This document shows positions 1 through 13,189 of a stretch of 64,000 nucleotides of DNA, in pieces. This DNA comes from Eledone cirrhosa (Eukaryota). Numbering within the stretch: the first letter of the stretch is position 1; every line of letters starts with the position of its first letter. Position numbers and translations under genes: made by a program. The stretch spans positions 63,426,001 through 63,490,000 of the forward strand of contig OZ024742.1 of NCBI GenBank assembly GCA_964016885.1, written 5' to 3'. Under the pieces are notes generated by a model. The model made no database searches. It was not told where the DNA came from and saw only the letters and a list, made by a program, of their open reading frames with translations.

Positions 1-3
1 CTA

Positions 4-91
<88 letters not shown>

Positions 92-472
92 TTGTTGTGA
101 AAGAGTCATTCCTCAGTCTTGGCACAAAATCAATTTTTTACATTCACATGACCTCTACTGGCCAATCAAAATTGTTTTGACCACAAGAATTTTTGCAACA
201 CGAATTGGCGCAAAAAACCAATTTCAATAGCGCTGGAGCCACTTTTTTAACATAAAAACAGGTAGAATTCCCAAAACTAATCAGATCAGAGCAAACAACA
301 CGGACGCTCTATCTCAAAATTATTTTTGAAAAGCATTTAGAAATGCGCAACCGGTAAAAACTTAAAACCAAAACTGAATACTAACCAATACAATTACTAA
401 TACTCTTTTATTCCTAATTAAACTATTTTTCAACTGTGAACAATTTGTCAGCATTTTCTATTCCGTTTACCA

Positions 473-649
<177 letters not shown>

Positions 650-668
650 TATATATATACAATATATA

Positions 669-735
669 TTTTATTATGCGCATTTCAAAAACAAATATCA
701 TCATGCAATAACATTTGCGTTTTCGTCAGATAAAA
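669..735 (-). ncRNA. Type I hammerhead ribozyme motif (family A, copy 1)
   Basis: Reverse complement reads TTTTAT-CTGACGA-stem II-GAAA-TGCGCA-TA-ATAAAA. Same family as 1627, 1817 and 44966. Confidence 0.7.
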
Positions 736-888
736 TAGGGAGACATGATATGAAGGTTAAAACACACTTGTGAATAGTGCAGTTTTAAATCAACATATAT
801 ATATATAAATTGATGAGCAGAACAAACAAACATTAAACAATCCTTTAAATAAATTAAAAAATAATTTAAATATCTACCTGTTCATAAT

Positions 889-967
889 GCTATTACCGGC
901 GGTTTCCATCCACAAAAGATTGGAAATTCAGAGAATTTCCAACGGAAAGTAGATTTCATCAGATAGC
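889..967 (-). ncRNA. Type I hammerhead ribozyme motif
   Basis: Reverse complement: GCTAT-CTGATGA-aATCTAC..TTGGAAATTC/GAATTTCCAA..GTGGATg-GAAA-CCGCCGG-TA-ATAGC. Stem I is GCTAT/ATAGC; predicted cleavage triplet GUA. Confidence 0.75.
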
Positions 968-1209
968 TATTTCCTTTCTATAGGACATACGTCCCATGGT
1001 CCGCAAATATAATGCTAACTACCAGCTCGTATGAGTTATAGCCGTTAAAGTGACCCATACGTGACCTGGCCACTAGAGAAAGCGGGAATATTACAGACTT
1101 GTTGATGGCTTGGCTGCTAAAAAAATAGCAGTAAGCAACAACGAATTTTTTTCTCTACATAGATTGGAGAATATAAATATATATATAAAAGAGAGAGAGG
1201 GGGTGAAAT

Positions 1210-1340
1210 GTCAGAGTCGTTGGAACGTCGGATAAAATGCTTTGTGGTATTCGTTTTGGCTCTCTGCTCCCTGAGTTCAAATCCCACTGAGGTCAACTTT
1301 ACCTTTCGTCCTTTCGGGGTTGATAAAAAAAAGTACTAAT
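1210..1340 (+). mobile_element. tRNA-derived SINE (family also at ~23625-23810, 33755-33940, 34060-34130, 35560-35665, 43685-43860, 49378-49480, 50925-51045)
   Basis: B-box-like GAGTTCAAATCC followed by the shared segment GAGGTCAACTTTGCCTTTCATCCTT.CGGGGTCGATAAAATAAAGTACCAG, which recurs in the window. Confidence 0.65.
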
Positions 1341-1373
1341 CTAGTCTGGGGTAGCTTCTTCTTACTTTCTCTC

Positions 1374-1444
<71 letters not shown>

Positions 1445-1626
1445 TATCCTTCTCTGAAAGACCTGGAGAGGGATGGGCTCTACTCGGCTTATAAACAATG
1501 CCGAAGAAACGCCGTATGTTGTTACGGCGCCCTTACGACTCCATCACCTGTTACGCGACCTTACCACACTATATATATATATATATAATATATAAGATCA
1601 AAAGATGGTTAAAAGAGTTCCATGTA

Positions 1627-1693
1627 TTTTATTATGCGCATTTCAAAAACAAATATCATCATGCAATAACATTTGCGTTTTCGTCAGATAAAA
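1627..1693 (-). ncRNA. Type I hammerhead motif (family A, inverted arm)
   Basis: Reverse-complement copy of 1817-1883. Confidence 0.7.
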
Positions 1694-1816
1694 TAGAGAG
1701 ACATGATATGAAGGTTAAACACACACTCGTGAATAGTGCAGTTTTAAATCAACATATGTTGATTTAAAACTGCACTATTCACGAGTGTGTTTTAACCTTC
1801 ATATCATGTCTCCCTA

Positions 1817-1883
1817 TTTTATCTGACGAAAACGCAAATGTCATCTCATGATGATATTTGTTTTTGAAATGCGCATAATAAAA
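1817..1883 (+). ncRNA. Type I hammerhead ribozyme motif (family A)
   Basis: TTTTAT-CTGACGA-AAACGCAAATGTCATC-tcat-GATGATATTTGTTTTT-GAAA-TGCGCA-TA-ATAAAA. All three stems pair; predicted cut after 1877. Confidence 0.8.
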
Positions 1884-2008
1884 TACATGGAACTCTTTTA
1901 ACCATCTTTTGATCTTATATATTATTTATACTCCAGTCCTACAAACTGTAGAGTGCTACTTATCCGATATCTGCATTGCTTTATTGTACTACAATAAAAC
2001 TCACCTCC

Positions 2009-2096
<88 letters not shown>

Positions 2097-2246
2097 TGTG
2101 TTCGTGTATATCACCCACTGTCACCGAATCAAGTCATTCACCCTTTTTAATTGCGGTCGATAAAACTTAAGTTGACATTGTGTAACGTGGGAAAAATAAG
2201 AGACTTCTGCATTACACTCGCGCGTGTATGTATGTGAGTATGTATG

Positions 2247-2326
<80 letters not shown>

Positions 2327-2474
2327 TATATACATGTATATATATGTACGTATATATATTTATATATGCACCTACATATATACACACATATATTGTAACA
2401 GGAAAATTTAGAGATCCTTTGTTTACTCATACATAATAAGAGGAAAAGCTTATGTAAATTACTTTGTATATGAG

Positions 2475-2533
<59 letters not shown>

Positions 2534-2830
2534 CCTCCTGGATCCATACACCCCTCTCATTTTTTAATATTCTGTTCTTTTTACACTTTTTTTTCAACTC
2601 CTGTTCTATTTTCAATTTATTTTTTATTTCTAATTTTCTCGTTAACTTCCCCCTCACTTCTTCTCGGAGTTCCCCCCACATCCTTTCCTGATGAAGAGCT
2701 TATGCCCGAACTGTCGCCACTACACACCCCACTATCACCAAGCATGAAACTAATAATATTTGTAAGATTTACTCCTGCGTTTGTCTGTTTTTATTTTATT
2801 TTCTGTTATTCCGAACTATATATATATATA

Positions 2831-3545
2831 CTAGCAGAATGGCCCGGCCTTGCTCGGGCTTCTAAACATGGGCATGTTTATCCCTCCTTTCTGAAACAGT
2901 ACAGAGAAGTAAGGAATACCTCGGCCTGAGGATGGTGTCTACATTTTGTGCTTATAAAAAACAATTCGTCGTAGATTACCAGGGGTTTAACTTAATTGGG
3001 TGCCTCAGAGTAAAATGTTCAACCCACGAAAGCCAAGACGATAGGGTTAATTAAAAAGGCATTCGACAAACCAAACATGTATTTGTTGTGCAATGAAAGT
3101 TACAGAGCAGTAAGCATGTGGGACTGCAGTGGTTGAGAGCATGAAGGAATTTAGTTGGATACTTTTAAGGTTACAGAAATCTACCCAATTTGATATAGAC
3201 CGAACTGTTATATCGGATGCCGAACTCTTCGGAATTATTATTGGGGTCACCATCAACAATTTCAAGGGATGTACGTCTATAAAGAGAGGTAACTCTTCCA
3301 AAATACTAAAGAGTTGTCTCTCTTGAACATTGTAGACAAAATTGCCGACAAAAAGGGCTTAAAGTTTTAGTGAAAAAAACGCCTTTAACAACAGAAAATT
3401 GAAAAATAAAAGCTTCAGTTAATATCTTTAGACCTCAAGGAATATATAAATGCAAGTTTGAAGTCAATCGGAGTAGAAATGTGGATTTGTATAGACTTTG
3501 CAAAAATTAGGACACACACACACACACAGACAATTTCAGTTTTAT

Positions 3546-3550
<5 letters not shown>
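2831..3550 (-). mobile_element. Non-autonomous Helitron (3' end at 2831)
   Basis: Reverse complement ends CCCGAGCAAGGCCGGG hairpin...CTAG|T, the Helitron 3' signature. The 5' limit is approximate. Confidence 0.6.
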
Positions 3551-3610
<60 letters not shown>

Positions 3611-3682
3611 CATACTGGAGTATAGGTTTGGTACAAATATCCAAGGGTAAGAGCACTCAGTCCATAGGACGAGTTAAGTATA

Positions 3683-3850
3683 ATTAGTTACAAAACTGAC
3701 ATATACAGGTACTTAAGTTTCGTTTGGTTATGCACCCCAACTCATTCACCCTGTTATGTAAAATAAATTTTATATAACATGATGAATGAGTTAGGATGTA
3801 TAACCTAACGAAACTTAAGTACCTGTATATGTCACTGTTGTAACTAATCA
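3683..3850. repeat. Fold-back inverted repeat carrying a variant hammerhead-like motif in each arm
   Basis: Arms ~3683-3765 and ~3770-3850. Plus arm: CATG-ATGAATGA-GTTAGG..CCTAAC-GAAA-CTTAAG-TA-CCTG. Confidence 0.6.
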
Positions 3851-3862
3851 TATATATATACA

Positions 3863-4216
3863 CAGTGTACCCACCGGCATTCGCGGTCCTGGTTATTAAC
3901 GGAATTTTCCTTAAAACCTAACTAATAATTGTTCGTGGAAATCACCGCATATTCGCGGAATCGTAAATATCTTCCGCGATTTTTTAATGGCATTTTTCGT
4001 GGTAATCTATATATTTTTTAACGTTAAATTATTAATAATAATATATCGTATTTGCAGGTCTATTGGACGCCTCTTTGCATAAGACGCTCTTTTCTTATAT
4101 TTTACGTTATCTTCTTACATTTATAGGCATTTTTACGGACCATGTCCAATATTCGCGGTTTTTCACACTTCAGGAGTGCTCTAGGAACTTAACCCTCGCG
4201 AATACCGGGTCAACTG
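3863..4216. mobile_element. Tigger/pogo-like MITE
   Basis: Imperfect TIRs CAGTGTACCCACCGGCATTCGCG / CGCGAATACCGGGTCAACTG, with internal TTCGCGG repeats. Confidence 0.55.
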
Positions 4217-4293
4217 CATGCCTGTTATTTTTATCTAAAGACATTTTTTCCAATTCCAACCCGCCCTTTCAATCTATCTTATTTCTCATTCTT

Positions 4294-4329
4294 TCTTCTG
4301 ATGAAGGACTAGCGTCTGAAACGTTAAGA
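4294..4329 (+). ncRNA. Minimal type I hammerhead motif (Penelope type)
   Basis: TCTT-CTGATGA-aGGAC-tagc-GTCT-GAAA-CG-TT-AAGA. Confidence 0.65.
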
Positions 4330-4441
4330 CCCTCTTCTTGCTATATCAAGCGTTAACCTAATATATCCTTTCCATATATTGTACCGATTGTGTTGATATT
4401 TCTGTTTACCTTTTACATACATATCTATATATATTATATAT

Positions 4442-4500
<59 letters not shown>

Positions 4501-5133
4501 ATATATGTATATATGATAACCCACATCCAAATTGTAAGTTAAAATCTTTACTCTGTTATAGTTCGATTTTTATTAATTGTTTGCAATTTTTGTGTTTGCT
4601 TTCTAGTCGGAAGCCCTCGTCGGGTGCTTCATGGTTCATTTTTTCTAAAACAGAATACCCGTTTTTAACAAATGGTCTACTAGGTTCCTAGAGACGGCAA
4701 AAGGTGGGTTACATCATCCCTGGGGCTCAAACTTACAATTGTGATGTACCATTGGATTCCATTGGATTGTGCTACTAGAGGGAAACTGACCATATTTCCC
4801 CAAGGTCATCTATACATTGGTTTAATGGTAGCTCGTCCACACAGTGTGAGCTCCAGTCCTACCGGTGGCACTGTCCACTTTTTCCGTCCCCAGGGGCCAT
4901 CTTTTTAGACTATTTTTCATTTTGAAATGCTCAACGCTTCTAAAAATAGATTGTTGCTTTACATTTCTGTCTGATTGATAAGATGCTTAAAAACAGGGTA
5001 GCACATCCACACGGTATATGGAAGATGTAGGTTCGAGTCTTATGAGTGGTACTGTCTACTTTTTCTGTCTCCCAGAGCTTATACGCTCAACTTATTAGAT
5101 TCATTTGCAGTCAAAACGTGCGTGGTAGCCATT

Positions 5134-5222
<89 letters not shown>

Positions 5223-5407
5223 AATATATTACACAAATAGAAGTGTGTTACACAGTGAAATGTGTGTAAAGGATTATTACAAGTGATTTTTTACCGTTAC
5301 TGTATAGAAAACAATATCTATAGGTTTAGCAATTAAATAGAAAAAACCTAAGTCAGAATCAAATCACTGAAGTAGAGTTTTAAATTACTAACCTTATAAC
5401 TATAAGT

Positions 5408-5480
5408 TTACTGATACGAATTAAGTTCGTTTCGCCACAGAAATGTGCAGTTTAACAGCCACAAGTTCATCAGTCAGCAA
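5408..5480 (-). ncRNA. Hammerhead motif with imperfect stem II
   Basis: Reverse complement: TTGCTGA-CTGATGA...GAAA-CGAActtaaTTCG-TA-TCAGTAA. Stems I and III pair well; stem II is weak. Confidence 0.55.
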
Positions 5481-5640
5481 ATGTGGATTCTGTTTACTAC
5501 ACATCTAGCCTCATGGATAGAGAGAAAGCTAATATATATATGTGTGTTTATTTTCATAATTCCGCACGAGTGAACTAGCCTGCTTTTAAATTCCCTTTTT
5601 GGCATATTTTGGCAGTGATCTTTAGGTTATCGTGTTTGAA

Positions 5641-5719
5641 CTCTGCTGAGGAACGACTCCAACCGTGACCAATCCCACTGAAATGTTTCGTGAAATAGCC
5701 TTTTTAAGACTATATAGAG
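5641..5719 (+). ncRNA. Type I hammerhead motif
   Basis: CTCTG-CTGAGGA-ACGA...TCGT-GAAA-TAGCC..GACTA-TA-TAGAG. Confidence 0.65.
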
Positions 5720-5944
5720 CATTTGTAGTTTTTCCAAATTGAAGGATGAGTATTTAAACTTTATTTTATTCTGAGTTAAGACTCTATTGGTTGTTTCCCT
5801 GGATTTCACAAAATCTGTGGATAAAATCTCTGTCTTGATTCTTTTGAATTGAGTTTGAATTATTTTCCCACATCTTACGTTAATTATTTTCCATTTTGAC
5901 GTTATACTCACTTATATATTATGAAATACTGTTGGCTTCTTGCT

Positions 5945-6003
<59 letters not shown>

Positions 6004-6008
6004 TTATA

Positions 6009-6100
<92 letters not shown>

Positions 6101-6246
6101 ACCATATATAGTTCGTTGATTACTCAACGAATACAATTTTACAATAGATTAAAAGCACTCAACAGTAAGTTTTCCTGGAGTTTTTAATATTATTCGAAAT
6201 ATTAACAAATGAAAAATATTCTCATATTCAAAATATATACTTTATT

Positions 6247-6422
6247 ATATATATTTCAAGGTACTGTGTTGTTTTGTCAGTACGTCCTCATTCAGTACGT
6301 CCTCATACTGCCAATACTGGAATTGAATAATCAAGACCGTAGCGGTAGTTCATATATCAAATCATATATTCTGCCTGATGAGGACGTACTGATAAAACAA
6401 CACAGTACCTTTGAAATATATA
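6247..6422. repeat. Inverted repeat with a degenerate hammerhead core
   Basis: ~6247-6290 is the reverse complement of ~6378-6422 (CTGATGA-GGAC-GTACTG..CAGTAC..GAAA-TATATA). The stem I partner is missing. Confidence 0.5.
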
Positions 6423-6686
6423 GATTTAAACTTAATAATATATATATATATATATAATCCGCTTGGATTATCTATTTATTTTGGGGTTTGAAACCGCGCA
6501 GTAAAGGCACATATAGTACAGTGAACTTTTTAAAATTTATTTTAAATCTTTTTCTCTATTTACTAGACCTTGATTTTATATATATATATATATATATAGT
6601 AATAATAATAAATTTGTAGACTAAAATCCAAAGAGGGCTCGATAAGGATAAATATATACCAAATATATAAGAACCGTAGAGAAAAT

Positions 6687-6826
6687 ATTTATTAAAATAA
6701 CAGATTAAAGTTTAAGCAAAGAATCGCTGCTTTCACCCTTAACGGGATCTTCTGAGTTTCAGAATATCCCGTTAAGGGTGAAAGCAGCGATTCTTTGCTT
6801 AAACTTTAATCTGTTATTTTAATAAA
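6687..6826. repeat. Near-perfect palindrome with a degenerate hammerhead-like core at its centre
   Basis: Arms ~70 bp. The right arm reads CAGAATA-TCCCGTTAAGGGT-GAAA-GCAGC. Confidence 0.55.
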
Positions 6827-6841
6827 TATATATATATAGAC

Positions 6842-6917
<76 letters not shown>

Positions 6918-6980
6918 GTCCCAAGGCTCTGATACCATCAACACTATAAACACAGAGCTGGCATATCTAAGAACTGACTA

Positions 6981-7036
6981 ACTGCCTGATGAGGTCATAG
7001 CCATTCAATGGCTATTATCGAAATATATATAGCAGT
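6981..7036 (+). ncRNA. Type I hammerhead ribozyme motif
   Basis: ACTGC-CTGATGA-ggtcATAGCCATTcAATGGCTATtatc-GAAA-TATATA-TA-GCAGT. Predicted cut after 7031. Confidence 0.8.
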
Positions 7037-7274
7037 AAATAAAGGATTATGAGTTCATGCAATTGACTTATGTTTCGTCACTATATATATATATATCGAA
7101 CCTCAAGCTCTCGAACTAGTTTTCTGAAATAAATCAAATCAACAGAGAAATATTTTAAGTAATTTATCTAAGTTGCATTAGCACAAAGACATCACTGGTT
7201 AAATTATTTGAGATAATTCCCTTTACACTCGATGATTGAAAAAATATCTTTTTTTTTATTTCATACATACATAC

Positions 7275-7409
<135 letters not shown>

Positions 7410-8560
7410 CAGGGTATCCCACAAATGTGTATACACTTCAACAGCAGATAACTCAAACCCACTTTTTTACTTTTCAGATTTTACCCATCAGAATTGATAA
7501 TGGCTTCAAGACTTATCTACGAACAAAGGAACTTCATCCTAAAATGCTACTGGAAGTATGAAAACACAGTTGAAGTCCAAAGGTAGTGTAGAAGAGAGTT
7601 TCAGTCAGACCCACCAACGTGGCTAGCCATCTCTCGAATCAGTAAGTTTGAATTTGATAGAACTGTACATGATATACACACGAACGGTTCTGGTAGACCA
7701 CGGACATAAACACGCCATAGAAAAGAAGAAAAGGTACTGGAAAGTTTTCACAGAAATCCCAGAAAATATTTGCGGCAAGGAAGCCATGACGCAAGGATTT
7801 TAAAAATATCCATCCATCGCATTTAAAGTGTTGCAATTGGAAAAGTTATATCCCTACATTAGTCCATGTTGTCAATGAAAATGATCCAGACAGAAGAATA
7901 GAGTATGGCGAATGGTATATGGCAACATGCTTAGAAGATACACACTTTCCGACAAAGTTGTGTGGTGGCATGAGGCTACATTTAAATTAAATGGTTGAAT
8001 TAATCGTCACAACTGCACATACTGGAAGCCCGAAAATCCACATGAGGCGCCACCACACTACCATTGTCATGTATGATCCTACATTAATAAGATATTTCTA
8101 AACAGGTGGATTGGAAGAAGAGGTTTTGTAGAATACCCTCCTCATTCACCAAACCTCACCCCTTTAGACTTCTTCTTATGGGGATACTTAAAAGATAAAG
8201 TATATGCTACAAAACCACCAACAATCGCTGAACTGAAAGTTGCCATAGAACGAGAATGCAGTCAAATACCTAATAAAATGTCTCTTGCTGTTAGTAATTT
8301 CATTGACTCCCGCTGTTAACAATGACTGGACGAGAAAGGATATCAATTTGAAAACAGGCGATGACAAAATCTTTAAAAAATGCATTAAAATAAATTCTGT
8401 TTTATATGCATTATTTGAATTATGTAAACATTTTTGAGTGTTTACATACAACTGAATTATGACTGTAGATCATTTTATTTTGGGAAAGACTGTGCATTCT
8501 AATAAATATTGCCTGTACAGGTAATCAAAGTATGTATATATTTTTGGGGGGGGTACCCTG
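7410..8560 (+). mobile_element. Tc1/mariner-superfamily DNA transposon, internally deleted, with transposase pseudogene (7500-8364)
   Basis: TA-CAGGGTATCCC...GGGTACCCTG-TA ends. Broken ORF MASRLIYEQRNFILKCYWKYEN... and PPHSPNLTPLDFFLWGYLKDKVYATKP, with stops and frameshifts. Confidence 0.85.
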
Positions 8561-8689
8561 TATATATATATGTGCACCCTGTATATATAGTGCAAATACA
8601 CTTTTAGGTCACAATTTGGGGTATCGAATTTAGGTTTAAAGTTAGACTGTTGAATTTCTAAGTGTGGAATGTAGAATAATGTAGTTTGC

Positions 8690-9400
8690 AATTAAAAACC
8701 CATAAACGCAGCGATATGATTCAAAGTTTGCAATTTGTATTGTTTTTTTTTAATGATGACAATGTATTCAGCCTTTCGACAGATAAGGTCAGGATCTTGA
8801 TATTCTCGATTGCGTATTGATACCAGCCGCTACTTCGGTCTGTTTGATTTGCAACAACACTCCCATTAATTGTGTCAATATAATGTGGAGGTGTGCTGTG
8901 TAAATCTAATTTTAAAAGTGTTCTCAGGCTGATATATAGCTTTACGGTGCTGTCAACTGATTCTACATCTATTCTATTTCTTTCGACGTGCTTCCTTTTA
9001 TTGGGTAGTTAATTGATTGTATTTCGATAATTACATTTAGTTTTTATTGTTTTTTTTATGGTGGCTAATTATTTTTGGCTGTAGTTACAAATTTATAATC
9101 CTACATTATAGAATATTTACTGAAGTAATCAGTGTTAGGGAGATCTTTGCTATATTTGTAATAACATTTAAGCTACGAAGAAGATTAAACCAAATTGCTT
9201 TTCTATTTCTACTTTAAGAGCGATTTGATATGGTTTGCTACATGTATTACATCTTGCCGTTAAAACCGCTTCTAGTTAGTGCTCTATTGTTGCATGGGGC
9301 AACTACATTGAATATATTCTATCTGATGATAGGTTATCTGTAATATTGTCCCCACGTTTCGTTTACGGTTGTGATAGTGTTTAGATTTAATGTTATATCT
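8690..9400 (-). pseudogene. Highly decayed Penelope-like element ORF fragment
   Basis: Reverse strand encodes KAIWFNLLRSLNVITNIAKI, which resembles the IIWFNPPFS..TN.GK motif also seen at ~20130. Limits are approximate. Confidence 0.4.
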
Positions 9401-11349
9401 AAGAAATTTTCTACTTTCAACGGACGCACTAGCTACTCTTATTTATGTGTAATGAAGGTTCTCTGTCATGTCCTCAATATGAGATGAGAAACCTTTCCAT
9501 TTGTCTTCGTGCAAAAAAACATACTCTAAGTTTTCAAGCATATTCTTATGCCACCGGTTTTTAAATTACAAACTGATATGCTGTACAACCTAAAGGTCCT
9601 GATAAATTCGACTTCCAAACATTTAAGCTAAATTCTAAACCAATTCTAAACTTTTGAGAAGAATTTTATTTTTTATTTTCTCAATTAAAACAATATTTTC
9701 GGTTGTGAGTTACATTCCTTATCTGGTAATTATTTTATGTCTTCAGTGGCCTGGGATAAACAATAAAATTGTAAGATCCCATTGCCATCTTGTATTTTTC
9801 AAAAATGTTTTTTTTTCTGTCATTAAAAATCAGTACTTGTCATCTGAACGACTGGGTATTTGTAAACTTTCTTATAGCGGCATCAAGCATCAGCCGATCG
9901 TTCTTCGATTCAATTCTACACCCTAAGAATCTACTCGTCTGCAGTTCTCTTCCTCTCCCAAATCTCACTCCTACTTCCTACCCCACAGTCAAATGTGCCA
10001 TTTTATCAACAACACTACCCTTACTGGTCACAATGAACTTTCCTTCCAAATTAGAGATCTCTTTGGCTGCACCACCAGTATGCACCATGAGAGGCCGTCT
10101 ACATTGGCCAAACCAGACATCAACTGCCAGGCATCGGGCTCGATAACCAGTCTCCAGTCACCGGCCATTCGACACACCACCTCACTGTTTTCGGCCTCGT
10201 TTCTTGCAACAAACTTCAGACTCGCGCATCCAGAGGGAACAGCACCTCATATTCTCTCTCCAAACTTGCACCCCCGGCAGTCTTAATGCACCGCCCTTTT
10301 TATCTAGTCTGATTTCGCCACCGTACTCCCTATACCCACATTCACTTCCCGTAAACTTGCACTATTCCTGCACTATATGATTATTTCCACCAACAAGCTC
10401 ACATACATGCGTTTAGATGCACACACCTGCACATACACACAAAGAGCTTTCTTAACTTATAAAAACCACTTATAAAAAACCACTACAAGAAATGTTTTTT
10501 ACTCTTCATGCGGAATACACCTAATAACTACTAAAATCAAATGACAGAAATTTCGGAATACAGGTTTGGGATATCTTTTTTCATTAGGTACAGAGAGTAA
10601 GAGGGGGAGAGAGAGGGGGGGGCTGAGATCTAGACAGACATACACACTCGCTTACTGAGACACATACTCATTCATACAAACACACTCTCATACATAAACA
10701 TGCACTCATATTTACACACACACATTGGCAATACACAAAAATACACACATATACCGAACCACACACGTACGCAAACATACATACAGACACACATTCACAC
10801 AAAATAAAAATAACAACTCGCACATTCACTATATGGACTTCCTCCGCACACACATAACAATATCAATGTCTGCTCACGTCACCCAATCTGATAAACTTTC
10901 CATATATATAAACATATATTTAACCAAATATTTTTGTGCGAGAGATACAAATGTTTACTATGAAGGACAACAACAAACTGGAATCGAGGAACAGAATAGA
11001 CAGATGGTGAACAAACGATGTCTATTGACAAGAATAAAACACAGGATACAATCAAGAAAGCAGAAGAAATTTGTACAAGGATTTGTTCTGGGTAATAATA
11101 CTGGGGGAAAAAACGGTTCTACATAGATTTATACTTTCAATTACAAATTTTATAGTCTTTTGAACGAAGAATACACGCTTTATTTTATTTTTTTAACTTT
11201 CCCTTGCGTTTCAGTAAGTCTCTATAAACGAAATAACAAAAAGATTATTCCAGCTGCGACAGTTCAGTCAATATAATGTTAATATATATATATGAAAGTT
11301 ATATTTTATTTGATATATATATGTATATATATATATGTAAAGTTATTAT

Positions 11350-11385
<36 letters not shown>

Positions 11386-11389
<4 letters not shown>

Positions 11390-11518
11390 TTTTAATATAG
11401 ATGAGATTCTACAGGACTAGAACTGTTTCATTCATTAGAAATCATCAGGGATTCCTGATGATTTCTAATGAATGAAACAGTTCTAGTCCTGTAGAATCTC
11501 ATCTATATTAAAACTTTT
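11386..11518. repeat. Palindrome with a hammerhead core (CTGATGA-TTTCtaatGAAT-GAAA) in each arm
   Basis: Arms ~63 bp meet at CATCAGGGATTCCTGATG. A (TA)n tract lies upstream. Confidence 0.65.
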
Positions 11519-11581
11519 ATACTCTGCTATGTATTGAGTACCTTACTTACTGTGGTTACCTCCGATTCAACCCGGAATAAC

Positions 11582-11633
<52 letters not shown>

Positions 11634-12071
11634 TGGTGGACTGGTCAGGTTTCCAGGTTGCCCAATGGCAAGTGGACCCCAGGGGGGCCACGGTAGCATT
11701 GCAGAGCCCACATTAGCATTGCAGGGCCCACTGTAGTATTTTAGGGGCCAATGCTTTGCTTTCAAAAAATACCTGAAGTCTAATCGAAAGAATATTTTTT
11801 TTTTTAATAAATAAAACAATTAAGCAAAGCATTTGGTCAACCAATTCCCCAGAGAATGAATAGAAACCAAAATATACGATAGTGCAAAAAGCTGGAATCA
11901 GTGGTTGTACATTCTGCTAAATATAAAGCAGACTCAGACACACAACACACAATCATATATACATACATACATATATATATACACAGTATATATATATACT
12001 TACACATACACACGAACTACTGACCAAATAATGTTTGGTATCAATGGGTCAAATCAATTAGTGGTGAAGGT

Positions 12072-12141
<70 letters not shown>

Positions 12142-12165
12142 GTAATCTGAGTCTTTTTAATATTA

Positions 12166-12480
12166 CTGGTGCAGTCTGCGACTAACCCAGGTTCTGCTGC
12201 ACGTCGGGCTGAGGAGGCTAAACTCTTCAAATACCGGTCGCTCTTCGACAGGTTTGCGGTTGTACCCTTGGCAGTGGAGACTTCTTGTGTCCTCGGCCCT
12301 AGGGCTACCTCCCTACTCACCACCATAGGCGCTGAGCTGGCCAGCCGCAGGTGTGAGCCCCGCGATTGGAGTGGCTTTTCAAGCGCGTCTCTCTTGCCGT
12401 CCTCCGGGAAAACGCCTTCTCTATTCTGTCCGCCGGGGCCGTGGGGAGGCCACCAACAAGATTGACTGACTTGCCATTTA
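12166..12480 (+). mobile_element. 3' fragment of an RLE-type (CRE-like) non-LTR retrotransposon
   Basis: AARRAEEAKLFKYRSL..FAVVPLAVETSCVLGPRA. Homologous to 51247-52110. Confidence 0.7.
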
Positions 12481-12755
12481 TGAGATGAGAGAGAGGACAG
12501 GCTATATATATATATATATAACAGAATGTAGATAGATATCAGAATGTATACTGAATACATCAGTGGAGTTCACTCCTTTCTTCTTCTTCACCAAGAAGTA
12601 ATTTGAGGAAATGTTTTTGTTTTAATTATTTTACTTTACCCATTATTAATTTTATAATGCTCTGGCCAGTTGATTAATGATTTAGATAATAACATTCGAT
12701 TCGTTTGCAATTGTACAAACAAGCCTCATTTTTAAAGCTATGTGAGTAAACAGAA

Positions 12756-12799
12756 CTGCAGACACTAATGTTTCTGGGTATCACCCTTCATCAGTAGAG
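12756..12799 (-). ncRNA. Hammerhead motif (imperfect)
   Basis: Reverse complement: CTCTA-CTGATGA-aGGGTgatACCCa-GAAA-CAttagTG-TC-TGCAG. The adjacent sequence is repeated at 13057-13160 and 42720-42825. Confidence 0.5.
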
Positions 12800-13189
12800 C
12801 TCACTGTTCACTTGCCAACTGTCAGAGCTAGTGAAAATATATGCTATTTTCTAAAATATACAGTGACTGATCGGCCTGATTTGCATATTAGCAGACTGGC
12901 TGATCAGTCAGATCTGCATATTAGCAGATCCACTGATCAGCCAGATTTGCATATCAACAGACTGGCCAGTCAGTTTCCTGTATACGAGCGATTAATGGCC
13001 GGCTTTGCCACATTCAAATAAAAAAAATGTTCGCTCTACATATATCAATACAATAAATGTAATTTGAGTTTTCCGAATATTAATAATAACATTCGATTCG
13101 TTTGCAATTATGCAAACAAGCCTCATTTTTAAAGACATGTCAGTAGAATGAACCCTTCATTCTTGCTCTTGTTTTTTTTTATATATATA

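Larger units (their letters stand above)
1586..2011 (+). mobile_element. Penelope-like terminal fragment forming a spacerless ~170-bp-arm palindrome, between (TA)n tracts
   Basis: 1586-1755 is the reverse complement of 1756-1925, centred on CATATG. Both arms carry the hammerhead motif. A homologous copy lies at 44833-45145. Confidence 0.6.

Noticed and set aside
2680-2720. CTGATGA-AGAGC-TTAT-GCCC-GAA hammerhead remnant
   Set aside because: GAAA is incomplete and there is no stem I; probably a decayed copy, so not called.
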